From assembly GCA_963710255.1 (NCBI GenBank), contig CAVPZJ010000002.1, positions 87,753 to 151,752 of the forward strand: 64,000 bases of DNA. The letters are read 5' to 3'. Positions 52,400-61,708 of this stretch are shown here, piece after piece. The notes under the pieces were generated by a model. The model was not told where the DNA came from, made no database searches, and was given only the letters and a program-made list of their open reading frames with translations. The translations under genes were made by a program, and so were the position numbers. How positions within the stretch are numbered: position 1 is the first letter of the stretch; the number at the start of each line of letters is the position of its first letter. The stretch is from an uncultured Chloroflexia bacterium (GTDB lineage Bacteria > Chloroflexota > Anaerolineae > Anaerolineales > E44-bin32).

Positions 52400-53218
52400 A
52401 TGCCGCAGGGTGAACTCCTGCTCGGGACACAGGGTTTCGCGTTTGACGATTGGGTCGGGCCCTTCTACCCGGCCGGCACGCCGAAGCGAGCCTTTCTCGA
52501 GGCGTACGCGGAGCGCTTCAAGATTGTCGAGATCGACTCCACGTTCTACGGCGCCCCGCGCGGTACGACGGTCGCCGGCTGGCGGCAGCGCACGCCCCCG
52601 GATTTCCGTTTTGCGGCCAAGTTTCCCAAGCTCATCACGCACGAGAAAAAACTCGACCGGGCCCAGGGCGATGCCGAGGCGTTTGTTGGCACGATGCAGG
52701 CGCTCGAGGAGAAGCTTTCCGTGCTCACGCTCCAGTTTGCCTATGATTTCACGCCTGATTTGAAGGACCGGTTGGATGGTTTTCTCGCCGCGCTGCCCGC
52801 CGGACCGCGCTATGCAGTCGAAGTGCGCAACCGGGGCTGGCTGACCCCGGACTTTGGCGAGATGCTCTCCGAACATAACGTGGCGCTCGTGCTGCAGGAC
52901 CTGCATTACATGCCGCGCCTGGATTGGATTACGGCAGACTTTACAGTCATCCGCTGGCTCGGCCGGCGGAAGGACATCGAGCAATTCGACCGCATCCAGA
53001 TTGACCGCTCCGAGGAGCTAAAGACCTGGGCAGGGAAGGTAGCCGGTTTTCTCGCAAGCGGTGTGGATGTATTTGGTTTCTTTAACAATCACTTCGCCGG
53101 GCACAGCCCGGAGAGCGTGCGCCAGTTTGCCTCGCTCCTGGGCATCGACGCGGATCACGGCGCCGGCCAGGCAGAAGCTGGGCAAATCACGTTAGGATTG
53201 GAAGATGACGGATCATGA
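52400..53218 (+). CDS. DUF72 domain-containing protein
   Basis: ATG 52400 in ORF 52232..53218. GTQGFAFDDWVGPFYP...VEIDSTFYG...RFAAKFP pattern. Confidence 0.8.
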   Translation: MPQGELLLGTQGFAFDDWVGPFYPAGTPKRAFLEAYAERFKIVEIDSTFYGAPRGTTVAGWRQRTPPDFRFAAKFPKLITHEKKLDRAQGDAEAFVGTMQALEEKLSVLTLQFAYDFTPDLKDRLDGFLAALPAGPRYAVEVRNRGWLTPDFGEMLSEHNVALVLQDLHYMPRLDWITADFTVIRWLGRRKDIEQFDRIQIDRSEELKTWAGKVAGFLASGVDVFGFFNNHFAGHSPESVRQFASLLGIDADHGAGQAEAGQITLGLEDDGS

Positions 53219-53999
53219 GCAGCTCGCGCTCCATCTCCCCGACGGGACGGAGCCCGAGCAGATCCTGAAGCAGGTGGACGCGGCACTCAACGCGACCGCC
53301 GTAGACAAAGCGTACCGGGAATCCATGCAGACGGTTGTACCGGGCGCGGGCAAGGTGCTCGGCGTGCGGGTTCCCGGCTTGCGGGCATTGGCCGCGCAGC
53401 TCGGCAAGGCCTATCGCGGAGAGAAGACCTTGACCCTTGACCTGGCCCGGGGGTGCTGGAAGCGTGAGACCCGGGAACACCGTTTGATGGCGTTGTTCCT
53501 GCTGGCCGGCATGAAGGCGCTTACTCCACACGAGCGCTGGTCGATGGCGGAAGATTTCCTGCCCGACGTGCAGGATTGGGAGACGTGTGACCAGCTGTGC
53601 GCGGCGCTCACCGGGCAGGCCCTGGCGGAGGATCCGGCGTACATGGCTAAGCTCGAGGTTTGGGCTGGGGATCCCAGCTTCTGGATCCGGCGGGTGGCGA
53701 TTGTCTCCACCGTCTTGCTGCGCCGGGCCAAGTTTGAAAGCGGGGCAGCGCGCTCGCTCGATGAACGGACGCTGAAGATCTGTGACCGCTTGCTGGATGA
53801 CGATGAGAAATACATCCGGAAGGCCGTCGACTGGGCGCTGCGCGAGCTGATCAAGCGTTCCTACGCGCTGGGCTGCGATTACTTGATGCAGAAGGGGGCC
53901 GAGCAGCCGGATTTCCCGGCCAGGGCCACGCTGAAGCTGGCGGCGAAGAAGCTCAAGCCGGCCGATCAGGACCGTTTTTTGAAAGCCCTCGAGGCGTGA
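53205..53999 (+). CDS. DNA alkylation repair protein (AlkC/AlkD-like HEAT-repeat family)
   Basis: LGVRVPGLRALA..., W.RRVAIVST, YIRKAVDWALRE pattern. Overlaps the DUF72 gene by 14 nt. Confidence 0.7.
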   Translation: MTDHEQLALHLPDGTEPEQILKQVDAALNATAVDKAYRESMQTVVPGAGKVLGVRVPGLRALAAQLGKAYRGEKTLTLDLARGCWKRETREHRLMALFLLAGMKALTPHERWSMAEDFLPDVQDWETCDQLCAALTGQALAEDPAYMAKLEVWAGDPSFWIRRVAIVSTVLLRRAKFESGAARSLDERTLKICDRLLDDDEKYIRKAVDWALRELIKRSYALGCDYLMQKGAEQPDFPARATLKLAAKKLKPADQDRFLKALEA

Positions 54000-54014
54000 A
54001 ACCCAATCGCGCTG

Positions 54015-54668
54015 CTAGTTCAGGCCAAAAGCGCCAGACATCTCCAGGGGTCCGCGCCGCAGCAGCGCTTCGAAGAGCGCGATCTCGCGCGCCAGGGTCG
54101 TGTCAAGCGTATTGAGCAGCTGTTGAAGCTCGTGGATTTCCAGCAGGGATTGCTTCTCCTCCAGCGGGAGCTGGAGCAGCGCGCACACTTCGTACGCAAG
54201 CCTCTCAGGATCCTCGTCCAACACGGGCATCTTGAAGGTGCCCTCCCGCAAGAGGTCAAGCTTCTGTGCGTAGGCGAGAAGTTTGCTCTCTATCCCGGAA
54301 TGGACGGGTTTGGACGCCTGGGACATGTCGTCAAGAAGAGGTAAGGCCTCAACCTCAGCCTTCAGGAAGGGTTCGTCCTGGGTGACGGCGCTGATGCGGA
54401 ATCGCATTCCTCCCACCGCCAGCAGGTTGATCCTCCCATCGCTCAAAGGCTGAACTTTGCGGATCGCAGCCTGGCACCCGACCTGGTGCGGTTCCGGGGT
54501 CGGACCGTGTGCCTCCACGCCATGTTTGATCAACACCACCCCGAATTTGCGCTCGCCGCGCAGGGCGTCCTGCAGCATCTGTTTATATCGGTCTTCGAAG
54601 ACATTCAGCCGGATGGACATGCCTGGATAGAGCACGGTGTTCAGCGGGAAAAGCGGGAGTTCACGCAT
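54015..54668 (-). CDS. LON substrate-binding (Lon N-terminal) domain protein
   Basis: LPLFPLNTVLYPGMSIRLNVFEDRYKQM. 217 aa, no ATPase or protease part. Confidence 0.75.
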   Translation of the reverse strand: MRELPLFPLNTVLYPGMSIRLNVFEDRYKQMLQDALRGERKFGVVLIKHGVEAHGPTPEPHQVGCQAAIRKVQPLSDGRINLLAVGGMRFRISAVTQDEPFLKAEVEALPLLDDMSQASKPVHSGIESKLLAYAQKLDLLREGTFKMPVLDEDPERLAYEVCALLQLPLEEKQSLLEIHELQQLLNTLDTTLAREIALFEALLRRGPLEMSGAFGLN

Positions 54669-54815
54669 CTAACAGGGCTCCTGGGTGGGTCGCAGCGCCG
54701 GATTGTATCATGTCCAACCCCCGGGATCAGGGGGCAGGATCTTCCCGCGGCCGAACCTGACTGTGCTACCATTGAGGACCGCACCCACGCCCTGCTTGTA
54801 TCCCCGGAGGCTGTC

Positions 54816-55301
54816 ATGGAATTGCTCAGCGTCTCGATCGAAAATCCTGACTCGGCAAACCTGATCTTTGGCCAGTCACATTTCATCAAGACCGTGGAAG
54901 ACCTGCACGAAGCGCTGGCGGGTGCCGTCCCCGGGATCGAGTTCGGGGTGGCGTTTTGCGAAGCCTCCGGGCCGGCGCTCGTCCGCACGAGCGGAACCTC
55001 AGCGGAGATGATCGACCTGGCATCGAGGAATGCGCTGAAGATCGCAGCCGGACACAGCTTCCTCATCTTTCTCAAGAATGCCTTTCCGATCAATGTGCTC
55101 AACGCCGTCAAGTCGGTTCCCGAGGTGTGCCGTATCTACTGCGCGACAGCGAACCAGGTGGAGGTCATCCTGGCAGCTGGCGAGGGAGGACGGGCGGTGT
55201 TGGGGGTGATCGATGGCGTTTCGCCCAAGGGGATCGAAGGTGAGGCGGAAATTGCCGAGCGCAAGGCGATGCTGCGCAAGTTCGGCTACAAGCTGGGTTG
55301 A
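54816..55301 (+). CDS. adenosine-specific kinase family (PF04008-like) protein
   Basis: ATG 54816 in ORF 54486..55301. FGQSHFIKTVEDLHEAL...GIEFGVAFCEASG...AGHSFLIFLKNAFPINVLNA. By-eye family recall. Confidence 0.55.
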   Translation: MELLSVSIENPDSANLIFGQSHFIKTVEDLHEALAGAVPGIEFGVAFCEASGPALVRTSGTSAEMIDLASRNALKIAAGHSFLIFLKNAFPINVLNAVKSVPEVCRIYCATANQVEVILAAGEGGRAVLGVIDGVSPKGIEGEAEIAERKAMLRKFGYKLG

Positions 55302-56360
55302 GTGGGACGAGGCAGGAGCGTGGGAAAAAAACACAAGAACGCCATCACAGCCGTGCCCGGGATCGAGGTTGGGCATGCAGATGACCCGCAGGCCCTGACC
55401 GGCTGCACGGTCGTCCTCTGTCAGCGGGGTGCCGTTGGCGGAGTCGACCAGCGCGGCGGGTCGCCGGGCACGCGCGAGACCGACCTGCTGCGGCCGCTGC
55501 ACCGGGTGGAGAAGGTGCATGCAGTGCTCCTGACCGGGGGCTCGGCCTTCGGTCTCGACGCTGCCGGGGGTGTGGTGCGCTATCTTGAAGAGCGTGGGAT
55601 CGGTTTCGATGTCCAGGTGGCGAAGGTGCCCATCGTCCCGGCCGCGGTATTGTTCGACCTGGGTCTGGGCTCTGCGGATGTGCGTCCTGATGCGGCCATG
55701 GGGTATGCGGCCTGCGTGAACGCCACCGACAGCCATCCGCGGCAGGGGAATGCCGGGGCCGGGATGGGGGCCAGCGTGGGCAAGATCCTCGGGCCGGCCG
55801 GCGCGATGAAGTCAGGGATTGGCACGTCCTGCATCGAGATCGGGCGCGGGGTACGGGTGGGAGCGATCGTGGCTGTGAATGCCCTGGGGGATGTCGTCGA
55901 TCCGGCCAGCGGAGAAATCCTGGCTGGTACGCGTGCCATCCGGGTGGGGGGCGTGGCGCTGGGAGGGGACGGCCCCTTCGCCGATACGCAGGCGATGATG
56001 CTCAAGCAGCCCGGGAAGTTGGCGTTGAGAATAGCTGCACGCAGCAATACCGTGATCGGGGTCGTGGCGACCAACGCCCGCCTGACGAAGGACGGGGCAA
56101 ATTTCGTGGCCCAGATGGCGCAGGATGGCCTGGCCAGGACGATCCGCCCGGCGCACACCATGCTCGACGGGGACACACTTTTCGCCCTATCGACCGGGAA
56201 CGCTTCGGTTGACATCAACACGGTTGGCGCCTATGCCGCAGACGCAGTCCAGGAAGCCATCCTGCAAGCGGTGAGGCAGGCGGCTTCGGCAGGCGGGCTG
56301 CCGAGCATGCACGAAATCGGCCCTGGCCGGCCCGCCATGGACAGCGATGAACGCGAATGA
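55302..56360 (+). CDS. P1/S58 family peptidase (DmpA-like L-aminopeptidase/D-esterase)
   Basis: AITAVPGIEVGH...TGCTVVL...GGSPGTRETDLL...LLTGGSAFGLDAA. Start codon uncertain (GTG). Confidence 0.75.
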   Translation: MGRGRSVGKKHKNAITAVPGIEVGHADDPQALTGCTVVLCQRGAVGGVDQRGGSPGTRETDLLRPLHRVEKVHAVLLTGGSAFGLDAAGGVVRYLEERGIGFDVQVAKVPIVPAAVLFDLGLGSADVRPDAAMGYAACVNATDSHPRQGNAGAGMGASVGKILGPAGAMKSGIGTSCIEIGRGVRVGAIVAVNALGDVVDPASGEILAGTRAIRVGGVALGGDGPFADTQAMMLKQPGKLALRIAARSNTVIGVVATNARLTKDGANFVAQMAQDGLARTIRPAHTMLDGDTLFALSTGNASVDINTVGAYAADAVQEAILQAVRQAASAGGLPSMHEIGPGRPAMDSDERE

Positions 56361-56389
56361 TATGCTCGACGCGATGACGGAGGAGCCCG

Positions 56390-56830
56390 ATGTTTCGCAG
56401 ACCCGATGACCGTAAGTTGCAAGCGGAGGCACAACCCGAACGGGTGGATTCGGTCCTGGGTCCTGGCCTCACGATCCAGGGCGAACTTACCGGCAGCGGG
56501 GGCGTGCGCATCGACGGCGCCTTTGATGGGGAGATCGGCCTGCGGGGGATCGTCGTGATCGGGGAAGGTGGCCGTGTAACCTGCAAGCAGCTGCGCGCTT
56601 CGACCCTGATCGTTTCGGGATCGCTCAAGGGTGACGTCACCGCACAGCGGGTTGAGATTACCAGCACCGGGCGCGTGTGGGGAGATGTCGTCACGACCTC
56701 CTTTTCAACCCACGAAGGCGCGTTCCTGCGTGGAAAAATCACGATGGAGGAGGAGCTCGATCTAGGGTTGGGGCCTGACCCGCAGGAGGCGGCCGAGGAC
56801 GAGATCGAAGAGGGCGAGGAGCAAGCGTAG
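56390..56830 (+). CDS. bactofilin (polymer-forming cytoskeletal protein)
   Basis: Repetitive beta-helix pattern (SVLGPGLTIQGELTGSGGVRIDGAFDGEI...GDV.A.RVEI...G.V.GDV) with an acidic tail. Confidence 0.8.
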   Translation: MFRRPDDRKLQAEAQPERVDSVLGPGLTIQGELTGSGGVRIDGAFDGEIGLRGIVVIGEGGRVTCKQLRASTLIVSGSLKGDVTAQRVEITSTGRVWGDVVTTSFSTHEGAFLRGKITMEEELDLGLGPDPQEAAEDEIEEGEEQA

Positions 56831-56854
56831 CGCGCGAGGGCAGGGGGTCTCGAG

Positions 56855-56888
56855 CCGCCCGGAAATCCGCCGGGCGGTCTATTTATTT
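56855..56888. terminator. bidirectional terminator hairpin between convergent genes
   Basis: CCGCCCGG-aaatccg-CCGGGCGG followed by a T-rich tract. Abuts the stop codon of the minus-strand gene. Confidence 0.6.
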
Positions 56889-57682
56889 AAGGCAAGTGCG
56901 GGTTGTTCAAATGTGAGCAGCCACGACCCGGGGTATGTCCCGCCCTCGTCCGCCGGGCAGCCTGGTGCAACCAACCCGGAGAGCGGGCTTTGCGCGCCGC
57001 TCAATTGCAGGGCATACGTGACGCCCGGCTGCATGGTGAAATCGGCGTAGCCTGGCCCGAGTTCAGGTTTCAGGCCCGTGTAGAAGCGATCCGTCCCTGC
57101 GTCTGAAATGACCTGCACTTCGACCCCCGGGATGCCGGTGCCGGCAGCATCGCGCACGATAATTTGCAGCTGGGCTTCCCCAAGATCCGGATCGCAGACT
57201 TCTTCCTCTCCCGCCAGGACGTAGGGAGCGCCGGGGGTGGAGGACGGCGCCGGCGTGCGTGTCCTGGTCGGCGTGGCGGTGACGGTTGGGCTAGGCGGGA
57301 GGGTTGCCGTCGCAGGCCGCTCCACGCCAGGGCTCGTCAGCGGCGCAGGTCGTTCTCCGAGGACGGCAGCCAGCTGTGCGAGAGCCAGGACCTCGGCCTC
57401 GGGCCGGCCGGCGGCCAGCCGGTTTTGAGCCAGCCGGCTGAGGGCGCTCGCCGGGTCGGCCAGGTTCAGGTCGGCCAGCCTGGCCCGGGTCCGCTGCAAG
57501 TCGGAGTTGAAATCGTAGGAGGCGGCGATCAACGCCAGGTACTCCTCCTTGTAAGCCGGGCGCAGCGAGGCGGGCGCAGCATCAACATACTCGACCGGGT
57601 TGATCGTCCAGCTGTAGAACAGCCCGGCAGCAAACCCGAGGCCAAGGCCGATCAGCAGGGGGAGCAGGCGGGTCGGTTTCAT
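56879..57682 (-). CDS. membrane-anchored hypothetical protein (paralogous N-terminal domain + Pro/Thr linker + C-terminal domain)
   Basis: 267 aa. TM, then W.I.PVEYVD..P..LR..Y domain shared with the upstream gene. Confidence 0.6.
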   Translation of the reverse strand: MKPTRLLPLLIGLGLGFAAGLFYSWTINPVEYVDAAPASLRPAYKEEYLALIAASYDFNSDLQRTRARLADLNLADPASALSRLAQNRLAAGRPEAEVLALAQLAAVLGERPAPLTSPGVERPATATLPPSPTVTATPTRTRTPAPSSTPGAPYVLAGEEEVCDPDLGEAQLQIIVRDAAGTGIPGVEVQVISDAGTDRFYTGLKPELGPGYADFTMQPGVTYALQLSGAQSPLSGLVAPGCPADEGGTYPGSWLLTFEQPALALNK

Positions 57683-58035
57683 GGCGAATCGATCTCGGCT
57701 GCCGGCGGGATGGCGCGCAGATCGACCACCAGCCGGTTGAGGGTGTCGAGTTCAAGCTGCGTGTAGGCGTGTTCGAGCCCGAAGTCAATCGCTTCAACGG
57801 CCATGCTGACCGGGGGCCGCGGGCCAAGCGCGGCCAGCCGGATCCGGGCCAGGTCGAGGTCGCTGTCGGAGGCATAGGCCTCGGCAACCATGAGGATGTA
57901 GTCCGCGCGGTAATCGGCGCGCAATGCGTCCGGCGTGGTGTCGACGTACTCCACGGGTTGGATGACCCAGCCGAAGAGCAAACCGAGCAGCAAGCCGAGC
58001 AGGATTCCGCTGAAGATGCGCGTGGGTAATCTCAT
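57679..58035 (-). CDS. membrane-anchored hypothetical protein (short paralog of 56879..57682)
   Basis: ATG 58035 in ORF 57679..58110. MRLPTRIFSGILLGLLLGLLFGWVIQPVEYVDTTPDALRADYRADY.... ATGA overlap with the downstream paralog. Confidence 0.6.
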   Translation of the reverse strand: MRLPTRIFSGILLGLLLGLLFGWVIQPVEYVDTTPDALRADYRADYILMVAEAYASDSDLDLARIRLAALGPRPPVSMAVEAIDFGLEHAYTQLELDTLNRLVVDLRAIPPAAEIDSP

Positions 58036-58094
58036 AAGGTATTCCAGGGTTGACCGCCGGCATTGTGCCACAGAGGGAGTCTCCGGGCAACAAT

Positions 58095-58129
58095 GAAAAA
58101 ACCCCGGCAATGGGCGGGTGGGCCGGGGT
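58095..58129 (-). terminator. rho-independent terminator after tRNA-Leu
   Basis: Minus strand ACCCCGGC-ccacccgcccatt-GCCGGGGT-TTTTT. Confidence 0.8.
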
Positions 58130-58146
58130 CGCTATGCTATAATCGC

Positions 58147-58231
58147 TGGTGCCGAAGGTGGGAGTCGAACCCACACTCCCGAAGGAACGCGATTTTGAGT
58201 CGCGCGCGTCTGCCAGTTCCGCCACTCCGGC
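58147..58231 (-). tRNA. tRNA-Leu (anticodon CAA), CCA encoded
   Basis: 85 nt: GCCGGAG-U-GGCGGAACUGGCAGACGC..., anticodon loop CUCAAAA, long variable arm, GGGUUCGACUCCCAC T-arm, and a 7-bp acceptor stem (one G-U) + A + CCA. Confidence 0.92.
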
Positions 58232-58239
58232 GCTCGGCA

Positions 58240-58268
58240 AGTATAGTCAAAGCGATAGATACGGTCAA
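58240..58268 (-). promoter_or_regulatory. candidate promoter of tRNA-Leu
   Basis: Minus strand TTGACC (58268-58263), 17-nt spacer, TATACT (58245-58240), 8 nt before the mature 5' end. Confidence 0.6.
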
Positions 58269-58309
58269 GAAATCAGGGCGTGCCCAACCGGCACGCAGCA
58301 GCACTGCTT

Positions 58310-59383
58310 ATGCGATTGGGATTACTCGGCTTTGAAGCCAGCGGAAAGACGACCTTGTTCAATGCGCTCACCCGGAGTCATTTGCCGACCGGTGGGCTGG
58401 AAGGTACAGGTCGGATCGAGATACACAACGCGGCCGTCGATGTCCCCGAGCCGCGGCTTCAACCCCTGGCCGAAATCTACCACCCCAAGAAGACAACCTA
58501 TGCGAAGGTGACCTACGCCGACATCGGGGGCCTGGCGGTCGGTGCCGGGAAGCAAGGCCTTCCGGGTCCGCTCCTGAACACCTTGAGCCAGATGGATGGC
58601 CTGCTGCTCGTGCTGCGCGCCTTCGACTCAGACGCCGTTCCTCACCCACTCGAATCGGTCGACCCGGCCCGCGACCTGGCGGCGCTGAACGCCGAGTTCC
58701 TGCTGCACGACATGCTCACGGTCGAGCGCAGGCTCGTACGTCTGGAAGAGGAGAGCGAGCGCGGCGGCCGGGACCGGGGGACGGTTGAGCGCGAGATCGA
58801 TTTGTTCCGCCGGGCGATGGCGGCCCTCGAAGCCGATCGGCCGCTGCGGGAAGCCAAATTTTCCCTGGCCGAGCAGACAGCATTCAAGGGCTTTGGACTG
58901 GTCAGCTTGATCCCCACCCTGATCCTGGTCAACCTGGGTGAAGGCCAGGCCATGCCGAACTTGGGCCCGGCCGCTGACGGTCAGCCCATGATGGGCTTGC
59001 AGGGAGAGTTGGAGATGGAGATCGCCCAGCTCTCGCCGGAGGAAGAGCCGGCCTTCATGCAGGAATACGGCCTCGAGCAGCCGGGCAGGGACAGGGTCAT
59101 CCGGGCTAGTTACGAACACCTGGGCTTGATTTCATTTTTTACCGTGGGCGAGGATGAGGTGCGGGCATGGACGCTGCCGGCGGGTTCGAGCTGCCTCGAT
59201 GCGGCCGGTGTGATCCACACCGATCTTGCACGCGGTTTCATCCGGGCCGAGGTCATCCCCTGGGATGTCCTGGTAAAACTGGGCGGGTTGGTAGAAGCCC
59301 GCAAGCAAGGGAAACTGCGCGTCGAAGGCCGGGAAGGCAAGGTCGCGGATGGGGATATTGTGCACGTCCGCTTTAACATCTAA
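58310..59383 (+). CDS. ychF: redox-regulated ATPase YchF (Obg-family P-loop NTPase)
   Basis: ATG 58310. GLLGFEASGKTTLFNALT P-loop. C-terminal TGS-like end ...AWTLPAGSSCLDAAGVIHTDLARGFIRAEV...GDIVHVRFNI. Confidence 0.85.
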   Translation: MRLGLLGFEASGKTTLFNALTRSHLPTGGLEGTGRIEIHNAAVDVPEPRLQPLAEIYHPKKTTYAKVTYADIGGLAVGAGKQGLPGPLLNTLSQMDGLLLVLRAFDSDAVPHPLESVDPARDLAALNAEFLLHDMLTVERRLVRLEEESERGGRDRGTVEREIDLFRRAMAALEADRPLREAKFSLAEQTAFKGFGLVSLIPTLILVNLGEGQAMPNLGPAADGQPMMGLQGELEMEIAQLSPEEEPAFMQEYGLEQPGRDRVIRASYEHLGLISFFTVGEDEVRAWTLPAGSSCLDAAGVIHTDLARGFIRAEVIPWDVLVKLGGLVEARKQGKLRVEGREGKVADGDIVHVRFNI

Positions 59384-59425
59384 CCGCTTATCAACGAATT
59401 GTCACCCACACTGGAGAAGAGCAGG

Positions 59426-61211
59426 ATGACGGATGCAGATGTCTACAAAATGGAAAAGTGGAGCCTGGACGATCTTTTCCCGGCGATCGAATCTCCTCAA
59501 GTAACGGGCGCTCTCGGTGAGCTGGAATCGGCAGTGGAGGCTTTCCAGGCTCATCGCGAATCGCTCGTCACCGACCTGGACGGGGAGGAGTTTTACGAGA
59601 TCCTGCAAGCGTATGAAGGGATCGACCGCGCATTGAACCGGCTGGCGGGGTATGCCAGCTTGCGGTTTTCGGGCGATACGCAGGACCAGGCCGCGCAAGC
59701 TTTTCGGGCGAAGATCATGCAGCTTGGGGCTGAGGCGGACAACCGCACGATGTTCTTCAAGTTGTGGTGGAAGGGCCTGGAAGATCAGCCGGCCGGGCGT
59801 TTGCTGACCTTCGCCGGCGATTACCGCTACTGGCTGGAAGCCCTGCGTTTGCAGAAACCGTACACGCTATCCGAGCCCGAGGAAAAAATCATCAACCTGA
59901 AGGACGTCAACGGGCCGAACGCCCTGGTGAGCCTGTACACGACCATCACCAACCGCTATGTCTTCGAGATTGAAGTTAATGGCGAGAAGCTGGAGCTCAA
60001 CCAGGAAGAACTCCAGTCCTACCGCTACAACCCGGATCCAGGGTTACGGGCGGCCGCTTATCAATCGCTCTTCAAGGTATTCGAGAAGGACGCCCCCATC
60101 CTGGGCCAGATATACCAGTACATCGCACGCGACTGGCGCAGCGAAGGGATGGACCTGCGCGGGTACAGCTCGCCAATCTCGATGCGCAACCTGGGCAACC
60201 ACATCCCGGATGAAGTGGTCGAGACTTTGCTCGATGTCTGCCGGGAGAATGCATCTCTCTTCCACCGCTTTTTCAAGCTGAAGGCCCGCTTGCTGGGGGT
60301 CGACCGGCTGCGGCGCTACGATCTCTACGCGCCCGTGGCGCAGGCTGAAAAAAAGTATGAGTACGGCGAGGCGGTGGCGATGGTCCTGGAAAGTTTCCGG
60401 AAATTCGAGCCGCGCTTCGGCGAATTGGCGCAGCGCGTTTTCGATGAGAAGCACATCGATTCGGAGGTGCGCAGCGGCAAACGCGGCGGGGCATTCTGCT
60501 CGACGGTCAACCCGGACCTCACCCCGTGGGTCCTGCAGACCTATGTCGGCCAACCCCGCAACGTGGCGACCATGGCGCACGAGCTCGGGCATGCCATCCA
60601 TTCGATGCTCGCCGCCGAACACACCTCGCTTACGCAGCATTCATCGCTGCCCTCTGGCGGAGACGGCCTCCACCTTCGGCGAGATGATGATGGTCGATCA
60701 AATCCTGGCGACCGAGACGGACGAGGCCGTCAAGCGCGATCTGCTATTCAAACGCATGGACGACGCCTACGCCACGATCATGCGCCAGTCCTTTTTCGCC
60801 ATGTTCGAGAAGGAGGCGCATGACCTGATCGCGCAGGGGGCGCAGGTCGATGAGCTGCACGGGGTGTACCTGGAGAATCTCAAGCTGCAGTTCGGGGACT
60901 CGCTCGAGCTGAGCGATGATTTTCGAGTTGAGTGGGTCGGGATCCCGCATTTCTACTTTGCCCCCTTCTACGTTTATGCGTACGCCTTCGGGCAGCTGCT
61001 CGTCCTCTCGCTCTACCAGCAGTACCGTGAGGAGGGGGACTCGTTCAAGCCGCGCTATATCGAACTGCTCAGCGCGGGCGGCTCGGCCTCGCCGGAAGAG
61101 ATCCTGAGCCGGGCCGGCATCGACATGTACGCGCGCTCGTTCTGGCAGGGTGGATTTGACGTGCTCGAACGCGATCTGGAACGGTTGGAAGCGTTGGATG
61201 GAGGATCCTGA
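59426..61211 (+). CDS. pepF: M3B family oligoendopeptidase F, one +1 frameshift
   Basis: HELGHAIHS zinc motif. After ..HSSLP the protein continues in ORF 60357..61211 (LAETASTFGEMMM...). 1786 nt (3n+1). Shift at about 60645-60660. Confidence 0.85.
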
Positions 61212-61251
61212 GCGATTCTCGACGGCTATTGAGCTGCATCGTTGTACCGGG

Positions 61252-61596
61252 GTAGGGGCACGGCGCCGCCGTGCCCCTACGTTGTTAACCGGGGAACACA
61301 GAATGTAACGCTGGGAAGACAGTGTAGGGGCGCATCGCGATGCGCCCCTACTGGGTAAGACCCCCTGCACAGCAATATCGAGGTTGGTAGGGGCGACCAG
61401 CCGGTCGCCCCTACGGTGATTCGGCGACACGTTGTACCCCTACGCTCCGCCTGGATATATAGGGGCGGGGTAGCCCCGCCCCTACGCCGACTGGTCCAAG
61501 CGCGTAGGAGATATCTCGTGCCCCTACGTTGGCAACCGGTCGGCCCGAGGTGGTAGCTCGGCAGATGTCGTAGGGGCGCATCGCGATGCGCCCCTA
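61252..61596. repeat. array of six REP-like palindromic hairpins sharing GTAGGGGC / GCCCCTAC outer arms
   Basis: Hairpins at 61252-61280, 61324-61351, 61387-61414, 61459-61485, 61503-61526 (degenerate) and 61569-61596. Inner cores differ but stay self-complementary. The 2nd and 6th copies are identical to 11439-11466. Confidence 0.85.
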
Positions 61597-61708
61597 CAGA
61601 TTTGGCGCCGAATACCCCTCTTCCCCGCTCCTATGACTTAGCTTGGCTGTCAACCAACAACCATGCATGACCGATATGTTTCCGCACGATATGACAGATC
61701 CAAGCAAC

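Noticed and set aside
61241-61545. Integron attC sites (GTTG..AAC-like flanks next to the hairpins)
   Set aside because: The flanking motifs do not fit GTTRRRY/RYYYAAC. The hairpins are only about 40 nt apart, leaving no room for cassettes. No intI integrase is present.
61252-61596. CRISPR array (28-nt repeats with 35-44-nt 'spacers', period 44-72 nt)
   Set aside because: Repeat interiors differ between copies with compensatory changes, and only the outer 8-nt arms are constant. One copy is degenerate and the period is irregular. There are no cas genes in 64 kb, and an identical unit occurs singly at 11439 as a terminator. It behaves like a REP/BIME-type element.
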